Assembly: GCA_973895155.1 (NCBI GenBank)
Contig: OZ316893.1
Coordinates: 21,436,955-21,500,954 of the forward strand
Direction of reading: 5' to 3'
Origin: Marsupella aquatica
Lineage: Eukaryota; Plantae; Marchantiophyta
DNA: 64,000 nucleotides
Shown: in pieces, positions 36,761 to 48,787 of the stretch
Numbering within the stretch: the first letter of the stretch is position 1
Layout of the letters: every line of letters starts with the position of its first letter
The notes under the pieces: model-generated
Databases searched by the model: none
Told to the model about the DNA's origin: nothing
The model's input: only the letters and a program-made list of their open reading frames with translations
Translations under genes and position numbers: made by a program

Positions 36761-38869
36761 TCCACAACTATGGCGCATTTGGGTCTTTGCGCCTTCGCTT
36801 TTCGGACTTTGCATATTTTATATTTTATATAGATGTAAACTGTGTTTGGCTTATCTCTCTCTCTAAACTCCTGTCAAAGTGCAATCGTGTGTCATGAAAT
36901 GGGTTTGGGTTACACATGTCTCAACCTCTATCACTGGACCTTTCAGTGTCACATTTCGTACCATGGCACCCCTCCAATAGGGCGTCTCAAATCCTCCAAC
37001 AGTACGGAAAAGCTGCTTCCTAACCACCCCAGTGCCATCTGGGTTCGTGCAAACAAATAAATAATCGTTGAAATTGGGGACCAATAATTACTTTAAAAAG
37101 TTTGGGCTGACTAGTGAAACCTAGGAAGACTTCTTTGACGCACATTTAAAAAGAATATTTTGAGCATAAAGAATTGTGGCTCTTGGGTTTGTCTGCCTAC
37201 AGTGTTTTGATGTATATAGTTAAGTAAGTGGGGTGTTTCTTAATGAGTTATTTGATCTATCTTATATGGTTGACTTGCATGCTACAATATACAGGAGGCA
37301 AACTATTGACATAAAGAAACAAACAGTTGCCCTTACTTACACTTTAAGGGTGTTTGTGGGGTTCAACATTGATTTATTTCCCCCTTTTTTTATAAACCAA
37401 AGGCAGCAGGGTGCCTGGTTATATTTGTATACTATACTATGATAATAATAATTAATGAGATATAATCAAGTAAAAATAAGCTATTGTGACTGGAGCCTAA
37501 AGCCCTGAAACCTGAAAAACCACACAGACGACCTTAAAGTTTAGAAAGCAAAAACGGGAGACCAGTATTTTGGATTCCATTGCATACTGGAGGACAAAGG
37601 AATTAATATTTTGTGGAGGTCCTATGTTGACTGGGATACCATCGGGTGAGACAAATGATTTCCAAGTGGATTAAGATGGTGTCTCTAACCCATAACTGAT
37701 TTGTTGACAACTTTAAACTTTGGATTTTAAGAGGCCCTGTTTGGGGGCATCTCAAGGTTAACACTTAAGGGTGATGGCTTTTGGCCATAACTTCTTCACA
37801 TTGTTACGTACAAAGATCTTTAATTTCTTCAGTAGCCTGTGAAGTGACTTGTGGTCATGGGATATAGGGGCGGCTCAAAGCTTCACAGTTAAGGGATGGC
37901 TTTTGGCCACAAAAGAAATGGGCTAACTTTACTCACATGGCTGTGTAAAAGGTTCTTTTAGTTTCTTGTTCAGTAGCCTCTAAAGTGACTTCTGGTCATT
38001 GGATATGATCATTCTCTGGTGCCAATGTTATGTACTATCAATATAATACTGTATGTATTTTCTATCATTAACCTTAACCTATATATAACTTTTGCAATAT
38101 GAGACCCCAAAATAGGATGTCTCAAACCAGCTGTTCCATGGAGATCTGCAGGTCAGGTTGCAGATCAAAAAATTGCAATTCCTCAAAAATTCTACCTCCT
38201 TTAACCCAGTTGGTCAGTGCACTAGGGCTCGCTCCTAAAATCAGTCCCCACCATTACATTGGTGCCCTTCAAGAATCAATGGCACCTCTGAAAAATGATA
38301 ATGTTTAGTTAATACACAAACAGCTATTGTGACCCGTCTCAAACCAAAACTCCATGAGTAGGGTTTGTCCTAATATTGACTTTCAATGAGGTCATGGAGG
38401 AAAAAATTTCGCAAGGGCCTACTCAAAAAATTTCGGAAATAACAGCTGGGGACGCCCTATTGGATTTAAGACTCCCGTTGTCATCTTGTAGGAGAGTTTT
38501 ACTCTAAACCATACCTACCCTCATTTCTGCATGTGAATACGAGGTACGGGCTCAACAGTGGCTTTTGATTTTGGTGGAAAGGTCTCCTCTGAGAGCCCAT
38601 TTTCAATTTAAAAATCCACTCATTGGTTGTGTGGAAAGAGTGCCCACCAAAACAGGAACACAATCATATCTCTAAGTCGGAATTCCTCTATTTTTTAATG
38701 GAAGCACGTTACTAAAAGCGTGAGAAGAGTAGAGGAGCAATCATGAAAGTTCAGGAAGTCATGCGCAAAAGCAGGCTGATTCCCGTACCGTAGGAGTACC
38801 TACTGTAGGTTTGCACAAATAATAATCAATTGAAAAATTGGCGTTCAGCGCAGTGAAATGATCTTCCAA

Positions 38870-41800
38870 CAATGTTGAGCTGGAAAAATCTCGAACCTGA
38901 GAAAACCCTTAAAAGCCCTGAAAATCCCCCTTTATTTTTGAAAGGTATTCCCTTGGCCAATCCCTCTCGCCCACATCCCTCGTAACCAAATTCACGGTCA
39001 AACCAGCTTGGCACCATGCAGCCTTAGTGTCCCGCTCAGAAAAAGACACTATGGGGCCCTCCACGGGGCAAAAAGCCTTTAAGAGCCCCCCCCCCCCCCT
39101 TATTTTGAAAGGTACTCCCGTGAAGTCGCTTTAGCTCACATCCCTTGTAAACCTCTTAGGACTCAGGGTCAACCATCTTGGTACCATGCAGCCTTGGTGT
39201 GCGTACCAGTCTATTTTTCAAGGTTTTTACTTTTGTCCCATAATAGTGAACGTCACCTGATGGAAAGTAGGAGATTCTAAACATATTAATGATAGAATTT
39301 TATATAAATTTTAATTACTTTACCACTAAAGATATTCAAATTGATAATACTACTATAATTGTTTTCATATTTACAAAGTCAATAAGTTTAACAAAGTAAC
39401 CAAAACTAAAGCTCGGATGGACCTCCACTTTGTGTATAAACCCCAAATGGACTGGCAAAGCTTGGATGGACTTGCTCAGAACATTTAAACCAACTCAGGT
39501 GACACTATTACATTTTTGACTAAAATAAGGCCAGTTTCAATTACATTACCAAACCAGCTTCCTTGGTAACTTGACGGCCTTGAAGACATCAAGATGTCAT
39601 GCTATTACTCAGGATCATTATGACGTCTTGACTACTTTCTCCCCAAGGTAGTCAAAGTCATCAACTGCGATCAGCGACCGGTTCCTTTTTATTTTTGATG
39701 TAAAAGCAACGATTGCTTTATGCACTCCATGGAGAGACAATGTCTCGGTTCATCCAAAGTATTAAAGTAACCAGAGTGAGAATATACTAAAAAATGACAC
39801 ATTTGTAAACACAACAAAAACAGTGGCCATGTTGTAAATTAGAATATCTTTAGTGACAATGTCTTTAAAAAATGTAAGTTTATTAGATTATTTTTTAACA
39901 TTAGATATCAGTAAAGTTGAATAGAACAGTCAGAATCTGGGTTCTAGATTACCCAAAGTTTCTGGTGTCCACTTTGGGCAATCATCCACATTTTTCTATA
40001 CTTTCCCAGATTGGGTCCTAGATTGCCCAATGTGCCTAATACTTTATAGTGGGTGGAATTTGGAAAAATTCTTGCACTTTAAAAAGTACACTCCCTTTGC
40101 TTCTTTTGGTCACCAAGTTGGAGCCATGTGTTTTGACATACTAGAGGCTTCCTTGTGTCCGGCTGAAGCAGGGCAAGAGGTAAGCAAGAAAGTTTAGAGG
40201 TTGCACTAGGTCTTAGAGTAGCCCTTCCCCAGTGATTTTCTGCACCCAAAATGCTATGGGTTGTGTCACTGAATTTTTTGTCACCAGCTTGTACAGTCAG
40301 GGCTCTGGTGTCCACAGTGTAAAATTGGGTTGTCCAAATGTGTTGGCACCCTACTAATATTGAGCTAACCCATGGGCAGGTGTTGTGACCTGCCGTGGTG
40401 CTGCAGTAGGGCATCTCAAAGTTGTCTTTCTTTGATTAGCCTTTGTGCAAAATTCCAGTTTTCAAGCCCACTAAAAATGTATTAGCCATTTTGTTTAACA
40501 CTAGTTAGTGTTTTTTTGTTAACTTTCGCACTTAGACATAGACCCCATTTGCCAGAATCTAACAATTCTTTAAATATAGGGAGATCCAATGGTCATGCAT
40601 TAATCTAAGAAAATGATATAAAGAACATTATTAAAATCTTCTACCCTCACTGTACCAGGTGACATTCACCAGTTTAGGAAAAAGAGAAAAATCGTCTTGC
40701 AAGGACAACTGGCTGCAGGGTACTAGGCTGGTTGATTGGGGAACACCCTAGGGGTTAAAGGGGCTGGGCTCCAGGGACTGGGCTCAAGGAGTCCCTTTCA
40801 AAATAAAGGGTCTTGTGGGGGTTTGTTTCCCTGGGGGGGCCCATGAACTCTGGGCCCAAGAAGTCCCTTTCAAAATGAGGAGGGGATTTGTTTCCCTGGA
40901 GGGACCCCATCAAGTCTTTCCTGATGTTAATGTTGGGCTGGGAGAATATACTGGAGGGTCTAGGTCCATGTGGAGTAAATGAGATTCTAGAGATGATTGC
41001 CTGGAATTTTTTATGTGAGATGTTGATATTAGTAGCATGGCTAGGGGTTCAGTGAAATGCCAGGAAAACTAGACTCAAACAACCTTTTTGGCTGGGACAA
41101 CTAACTAATTTGAGACTCGTGGCAGTCTCAAATTAAAATAACTTTCTGCAATCAAAGATAGCGCACCAGGTTAGGACTACTGGAGGCCATCGTAATACGC
41201 GGAAAAAAAAAACCAATTTAGAGCCTTGGCCGAATTAACAACATACTGTGGGGCCTTTGTGAACCCCTCGAAATAATTTAGTCATGAAAAATTTAAGAAC
41301 AGTATGAGCATCTATGGAAGTATTGACTTTTCAATGTATTGTTTTCAAAAGAAAAAGTGAAAAAGGGAGTAATGAAATGAAATGTGTATGAAAGTGAAAA
41401 ATAATGAATGCTTCGGTAAACGTATTCTCGAACAGGGATGGCACTACTATAGTCACACAGGAGTCAAGGACCAGTTGGCCAAACTAAGGAGAGCCATACA
41501 ACAAATTCTTTCGTACGAGTCCCCCCAAAGGAGGAGGCAGAGGCAGCCCACATGGGGGAGTAATAAGGATTCTGCTCTTTCCCCGATGTGTGCTTTCTGG
41601 TGTAACCTTGTTAGAGACTAGAGAGACTATATAATGAGGTTTTAGCTTGTCTTATTGAGATTAAAGTTATACATAAATACACTCAAACTCAGAAAAGTAG
41701 AAACTAAAGTTGGACATAGTGCTCGTGAGAACCACATTTTGATGGTTGATGGGAGTTTGGGGCCCATGATTTGACAATTATGAGCACTAAATTAATTTAC

Positions 41801-42840
41801 TTGTGCAACTACAAGACAACTAGGGAAGAAGGAGACTTGGAAAAACACGAGCCCAAATATTTCACGATGACACAATGAAGATTAATCTAATGAAACTTAC
41901 CCCTCTGCATTTTGTGATGAAAGTCTCAACAAAACTACCAGAAAATCACTGTTACTTTGATAGAAATGTAGTTTACCTTATGAATATCAATTTATTACAA
42001 TTAAACTCCAATTCTGGGAAATATGGTCCATGGGGCCCAGGTTTGATAAGGCAAATTTAATTCCTTATAATGGCTCTGTATCCAATTAACCATGTAAAGT
42101 TTCATTATAGTCTACTAAGCTCTTATACCTCTCTACTCAAGAAATCCAAAGATATAACTTTAAAAAAACCAACTTATTTTGATATGCAAATATTTGACAA
42201 ATATCAAATTATATGGCTTTTCTAATACACGTGTCTACAGCCAAAGTAACCTTGTGGCTCATGGGGCTTTCAAATCCCAAAACAGTACCTTGAGTTAAGC
42301 CAACAACATAGAAAAAGTTTAGTGGGCCTCTCGTGCAACAAACCCCTCCTGAGGCTGCTTCTTTTGGAAGGGACTACCTCGACCAATAGTTGTTGCAGCC
42401 TATATCTGTTTGCTGCAACCCAGTCCTTTAACCCCTACAGTGATCCCGGGTCTACCAGCGTAGCACCTGGCAGCCTTCTCGTCCTTGCAGGCCTATTTTA
42501 TGGTTTTGTTTTTCCAAAGTGACCGAGTAGAAAACTCTCAGAATGTTGTTGGTGTAGTTTTCTTAGATTAATAGCTGACCAATGTTCTGAAATTAATCTA
42601 AGAAAACTCAATAAAACAATTATTTCTAGAACAGTCTACTTTACACCAGGTGACATTTGCCACTGACTATGGGATAAAAGGATAAACTATTAGAAATAGG
42701 CTCATAGGGACACGAGGGCTGCATGGTCCCAGGCTGGTTGACTGTGGACCGTCGCAGGGGCTACCGGGATGTGCAAGGGCTACAACACTCGTAAAGTTTT
42801 TTTTTTTCCTGGAGGGGCCCCCATCAAGTCTTTCTCTTAA
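38870..42840. repeat. Cluster of related repeats in both orientations (38870-39290; inverted copies at 40600-40930 and 42600-42840); probable DNA-transposon terminal remnants
   Basis: CCATGCAGCC / GGCTGCA(T/G)GG, TTATTTTGAAAGG / CCTTTCAAAATAA, GTCACCTG / CAGGTGAC and CCCCATCAAGTCTTTC recur in direct and inverted orientation. Confidence 0.5.
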
Positions 42841-44339
42841 AAAGAGAGTAACCGTAAGTACGTCCCTTGGAGCTCTTAACTCACCAAAACTAAGTTGGGT
42901 TTACTAAGTACTCCTTGAGATTTACTTTTGGCTGGGAACTTGTGGAGGGGAGTACCATCCTTTGATGTGAGGAACTTCATGGGCTGCTGAACTAAATTCC
43001 TTACTAGCTCAACTGAAACAAAATTGCAATCCCACTTGACATGGAGCTGAAATTTCAAACTGTCAACCAGAACCAAATTGAAAGGAGTCAAACTGTAACA
43101 TGAGATGTCACTAGAACTAAATTTTTCAGTGGGTCAACTAAAACAAAATTGTAATCCCAATTGAGATAGAGCTGAATTTTGAATTGGCAATCAGAACAAA
43201 CTTGAAATCAGCAAAAACTAAATTTGATATTGCACTAGACATGTAGCTGGGATATGAATTGTCAACCAGAATGAAATTAAATTCAAAGAAAACTAATTGG
43301 GAATGACACTAGACATAGAGCTTATATTTTTTAACTATCAACCAGAAACAAATTTGAAATGGGTCTAAGCTATCAAAATAGCTCAAAAATATAAGTTCTA
43401 TATGTAGTTGAATATGAGTTCTATGTCTAGTTGAATACTGCCAATAAATTTGAAACCCCTAAGCTGCAAATTGAAGCAGCTCATCAGAATCATGTTTGAA
43501 CTCCATCTACTGGGTGACAAAAGTTGACAGAAATTTCAATTGAACCACCTGGAATCTTGAATATTAACATTCCAAACACAGGGGCACATACATAGACAAC
43601 ATCAAGAGTTTAGCAATAAATTCTCTTGAATTGAAGCAGCTCGAAATCTTCAGGGCAAGCTCGAAAGTAAGGCTGTGCAGACATACGGTTTTCACAGGAG
43701 AACGTTCAAAGAATATTTCTGGAAAATATAAAAGAGAAACTCAAACTGCAGATGCAGAGGACCAGCAAAGACAGAACTTGAACTCAAAGGGGACACAAAG
43801 TGTAAGAGAGCTCACAAGCACAAACAAAAACTTTGTGTGACTCGGGGTAAAGTAAAGTTTAGAAGCATTAGTTGAATTTCACCCCTAATAAAACACAGAG
43901 CAGTTCATATCAGGTTGGAACCTTAACTCATCCTGAACCCAGTCAATATGACAAATGACTCACTTGGCTTCTGAACTTTACAAAAACTCTGTTGGTCCTC
44001 CAGTTTTTCTGAAGAGAAGGTGTGTTTTCTTCTCTTAGACCCGCTCTTTAGCCCTATACTTATTTTTCAATGTACGTCTTGGCATTATTGGATTATGTTT
44101 GCAATTATTTCCTCCCTTCTCTTTAGCTCTGAGTATATTTATTCTTCAACTAATCTCATATATATATATATATATATATCCTTTGTAAGTTGCAGGTTGG
44201 TTGCTAATTTTATCTTATTTTTAGGTAGTACTTGATTTAGATTTGATACATGTCTGAGTGACTCCTTACCTATAACTGCCCAGGAACTAGTGTGAGAAAA
44301 TAGACTTCAAGATCATGAATCCCTCCAGCGCAAACATAT

Positions 44340-44999
44340 ATAGCTGTAGCTATGGCCGCCAGGAGCAGCAGCTGATCAAGCTACGGCAGCCTTAGAGAGG
44401 GCATACTCTGGGTGGATTCAGCAGCTAGCCAATATTCTTGCTAAACCTTAAACCCTAACGACCACCCTTTTTCCAATGTTGCAGCAGCCAAGCCCCAACT
44501 ATGGTAGCTGTGAGCTATGAAGATTGGGGAGAGAGGAGTAGCCACAAGGTGTGAGGGAGAGCTATGTGTAAGCAGCAGCCTCTGAGCTCCACAGAGCTTC
44601 AGCTATGGCAGCTGCAAGCTGTGAGCTCGCTGTGAGCAGCCTCTGAGCTAGCTATGGCAACCAAACTACAACATTTTATGAGGGATAAACAGTCGCAAGG
44701 TGTGAGAGAGAGCTATGTGTAAGAAACCGTCTGCTCCACATAGATATCAGATGTGAAACATGAGAGCACTCAATTATCTCACTACCCCAACAAGGCACCA
44801 TAATCATGAAGAAACTCTTGAAGTATCCAGAGCTCATGAGAAAGTACATGAACAATGAGGAATTGAGAGAATGCTCTCCCTCCAACCTATACCCCCCGGG
44901 GGTCCGAGATGTGTGGGCCTAATCTAAGCAGATCTTATCCTAATGCAATCAAGGGTTAACTAACTAAAGTTGGGATCGAACTAGAGTAAATTCCTAACA
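44340..44999 (-). repeat. LTR-like repeat related to 4051-4360, followed by AGCTATGG/GCAGC-rich degenerate repeats
   Basis: The reverse complement begins TGTTAGGAATTTACTC and is collinear with 4051-4355. 44340-44720 is built from AGCT/GCAGC motifs. Confidence 0.5.
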
Positions 45000-45848
45000 C
45001 TACGAAAGGGGTGGCCATGAGGCACGTACTGGTAGGGCAAGGACTAGACTGAGGCCCTACAGAGCCCAAGCGGGGAAGCCACCACAAGTGAACAGGGGGC
45101 GCGCTCAGTCTGTACCAGGCAGACATGTTATTGCTCGGGCAGGGCTGAAGTCCCTTTGTACCCTGAGTTGTGGTCTAACCACTGCTCACAGTGTTGTTTC
45201 CTAAGGCTTATAACTAAACTACAATACTTTTCTCTCCACTCTTGTCCTCTCTCTTGTCAAATTCAAATATTTGGACAAGGAATTGTGTAAAATATAGGGA
45301 GTTCACTTTGAATTGTTTGTAGTTACGAAATAACACTAGGGTAACCAAAATGCTGAACATTTAATGTGACATTAAATAGCACTAGGGTGACAATAATGGG
45401 ACAACTAAAGGAGTCCCATAAACAAAACTAGAAAGGTCAGTTAGAGCATCTCCAAGAGTGTCTCCAAAGAGCTGCTTTTGGAGGTCCAATTTTCTTGAAC
45501 CCTATCCTGTCCCTGTCATATCAGTTGTGTCCTAATTAGTTGAATCAACAAACATGAAACTATGCCAAGTGTGATGCTCATGCCTCTTGGAGGTATGGAC
45601 GGGATGCCAAGTTGTACAGAATGATCTCCAAGATTTGAGTGATTCATCTGGTTAGGGTGACTGCCAATGACATTCAAGGAGACTGTTCCCTGGAAAGTAA
45701 TTAATGGCTCCAACGTATGCTGCCCACTCACTGCCTGCCAGTTGCCCACTTGCTGCTCGCAAAAATCCAAAATTTGGTATTTTTTTTAAGTGTCACACAA
45801 GCTTTGTCTCAACCCTACCTTTGGGTGGAATTGTGTAAAAAGTTGCGT

Positions 45849-45914
45849 GCTCAGGGGGATTCAAACCCAGAACCTCAGTCTCCCCACTCACATGAGCCAC
45901 CACTACACCAGAGC
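45849..45914 (-). repeat. Degenerate tRNA-derived (SINE-like) sequence; related weaker copies at about 11390-11455 and 21500-21570
   Basis: The minus strand reads GCTCTGG-TGTAGTGG (A box)...GGTTTGAATCCC (B-box-like)-CCTGAGC with a 6/7 acceptor-like stem and a degenerate anticodon arm. All three copies lie beside a C(C)AC(T/C)TTTGGGTGG motif. Confidence 0.45.
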
Positions 45915-47818
45915 CTGCTAAATAAAAGCATTGAAGCATTTTTAGTACTTATCCAGTTTTCGCCGCAGGCACGTTGGGCAGCAGTGGGCGGGCAGTGGAG
46001 CAATGAATACAGAAAGTCATTAATGACTTTCTATGGACTGTAGCCCTGAATCCAATGACTAGTGTCTCATTCATCTTTTGTGTTGCATTGATTGAGGTAA
46101 TGATCTCCCATGAGGCATGAATTTTGGCAGAAACAAAAAGCATGCTCTTGACACTTCAATTATACTAGGAATATATTTGATGTAATCACTTAAACCACAC
46201 CTGCCACTATAAAAGCCTCATTCCATGTCTCACTACTCACCATAAAAGGTGGAACACTAGCACGTTTTGTGGAGTACTTGCCAAAAAAAGATTTTGCCAT
46301 CAGCACCTTTTGTGGAATTCAAAGCCCATTTCTGAACTTGTACTCCTTAGAATAAAAGCTATGGGTTACCCATAGCCCTTTATAGGGGCACGTGTGGTTT
46401 AATTGATTTGTTATGGCTCAATCCAACTGCTTTACATTACTCATGTTGATTGGTTTTGATTTTATTTGTCATATGAATTGTGTTAGATTGCACTTCCCAT
46501 CATCAATGCTTTTATTTGCATGTCTCCCATAATACAATAATTATGCACTACATGTTGTTTATCTTTGCAGCAAGATGATCAACCTTACAGATAAATTGGG
46601 ACCCCGATTGGGACTGCTTGCATCATGTTCTGATAGAAGTTGCAGAACAAATGCAGTCATTGTGATGTTCCTGCAATATGCAAAGTGTTGTGTGTTCCTG
46701 CAAATATGCAAAGTGTCGCGTGTTCCTGCAAATATGCAAAGTGTCATCATCGCAGGGGTCTTCGATCAAGACTTACCAAGTAACCCTTGGCAGCTCAATC
46801 ACAAATATCATGCTTTAATTGCTCTTAAACCACAACTTCCCATATATATAGGGGGAAGTGTCCAATACTTCTCCCTTTTTTCACATTTCACTCACTTCTT
46901 TACTCTAAGATGCCATTGTGCTCCACTATTTTGAGAAAAATTTACTGGTGACACTAAAATTTGGATACTACGGGTAACCCGTAGGCCTTGAAGGGGCAGA
47001 AAATTTACTATTAACACTACAATTTGGATATTACTGGTTGAGGTCGTGGGGAAGTGCTGTGAAAAGAAAGTTGCCTCATTCTGGTCGTCTAATTTTGCTC
47101 AGCAGAACTGCTGGTGACTTCGAGCCGAGCACATCCCATAAGCCCTTCTGGGACTTTCATTCTTTACTTGAACCCTGACTAGTCCAACTGAGAGGTAATG
47201 CTTAACTCACCTGGGATCGGTGCCCCAAAAAATCACCAACTCAGCCCAATTTGGCCACATTAACGACAAGTACTCTATGAATTGAAAACTTTATAAACAT
47301 CCGCTAGTTCAGCTGGGTTATCGGTTGGGTCTGGACTGAATACTGTCGACGTAGTACTGGTAAAATCCATGAAGCAAGTATAACATAGATGCACCACAAC
47401 ATCGTTTCCTAATTTTATTCGCAATTTTCACCCAAATCTGACTCAGCCCCCTGCCCCCTGCCCCAGCTACCTGTACAAAGAGATTCGCCTAAAAAGAGCA
47501 GGTCAGGTTGCCAAATACTGACCAGGCACCCACCACCCACTCGTGAGCAATCCTCCGTGCCCTCTGTCGCCACCAATCCCCACCTCCCTGCTCTTGGCAG
47601 TCGCCGCTCGTGCTTCCCAGTCCCGACATGATAATTAAGCCGGTAAATCCTGACCCAGAGTGAGGCTCGGATCAGCACACCTCCAGGGGCTAGGGGATAA
47701 TGGTGTGATGAACTCGCCACCCCTACGAAGTAAATCCAAGTACAATGGCAACCTGCCATGGACACAAAAAAGGGACGCTGGCCTCGTAAAACTATTCTCC
47801 GTACCACTGTAGTTAAGC

Positions 47819-48787
47819 TCATAAGCTAGCTTGGTAATTCTGCCAGAGATGGCCCACACTCTTGCCAGTGATCTCGTCGAAGAAGGTCACATTCCAGGTT
47901 CTGCCCATCATGAAATTCAGCTGGTTTACAAACCCAGGAGCTTGAGTTCTGTCAATCCAGTCGAAGAAGAAGGCTGTGGTTTCGTACCCGGAGAACCACA
48001 CTCCCCCAACTCTCCTCACCCAGTGCTTAGCTGGGTACCCAGATCGAAGGCGTATGAAATCAGCGATGCCCTCGATGACACCCGTGACGACAGGGTTTCC
48101 ACGATTCAAAGCGCTGTTATTCTGCCAAATATGGGTAGACTCATGGATCAGAACTCCAGTGATCTCGTAGACGAGTGCAGCGTGGTCTCCAGGAGCAACA
48201 AAATCCACGTACTGTCCTGAGAGATGTATTTCTGCTTTCCCATGCTTGGTCAGATTGGTATATGCAACGCCAGGCATATTCTCCACAGACAGTGTGACGT
48301 CCCTGACATCCTTCTCCCGGCTCAAGTACAATGAATTGATTATGAAGCCCTTGGCCATTCTCAGGACTTGCAGCATACCATCGTTTCCAAGCTCAGCGTG
48401 AAACTTTCTCCCACCGCTTGTCTTCCAGTCCAACGCCGTGTTGTTGATACGGAAGGTTGTGCTGGAAGCTGGATTTGTTGCTAGGTACGCCTTGTAAGAC
48501 TTGTACAGCGGGGTATCTTCAACTCTCGGTGGACCGGCAGAACCCTTCGAGAAATTGGCGATGAAGCCCTTCGCCGGCTCGACTATGAAGCTCTTGGCGG
48601 AATCAACGATAAAGTCCTTGGTTGGTTCATATACATAGGTCTTCGCCGAATCAACTATAGCCCCCCTGGCCGAATCCACTGCGAAGCGCTTGGCCGAATC
48701 AACTAGGACACCCTTGGTCCATTTCAGACCTTTCCGCAGCACGTTTCCCCGCACGGCGTTCTCATCTTCCTTGCGGCACTCCATCAT
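47819..48787 (-). CDS. Basic secretory protein (BSP/PR-17 family) zincin-like protein with N-terminal 8-aa repeats
   Basis: Contains GGRKF, VTLSVENMPGVAYT, EIHLSGQYV, EITGVLIHESTHIWQ (HExxH), VIEGIADFIRLRSGYPAKHW, GYETTAFFFDW, GFVNQLN and GKSVGHLWQNY. Intronless 322-aa ORF. Confidence 0.9.
   Translation of the reverse strand: MMECRKEDENAVRGNVLRKGLKWTKGVLVDSAKRFAVDSARGAIVDSAKTYVYEPTKDFIVDSAKSFIVEPAKGFIANFSKGSAGPPRVEDTPLYKSYKAYLATNPASSTTFRINNTALDWKTSGGRKFHAELGNDGMLQVLRMAKGFIINSLYLSREKDVRDVTLSVENMPGVAYTNLTKHGKAEIHLSGQYVDFVAPGDHAALVYEITGVLIHESTHIWQNNSALNRGNPVVTGVIEGIADFIRLRSGYPAKHWVRRVGGVWFSGYETTAFFFDWIDRTQAPGFVNQLNFMMGRTWNVTFFDEITGKSVGHLWQNYQASL

Noticed and set aside
45849-45914. Functional tRNA gene
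   Set aside because: The anticodon arm does not pair and the T-loop reads TTTGAAT, so it was treated as a tRNA-derived repeat.
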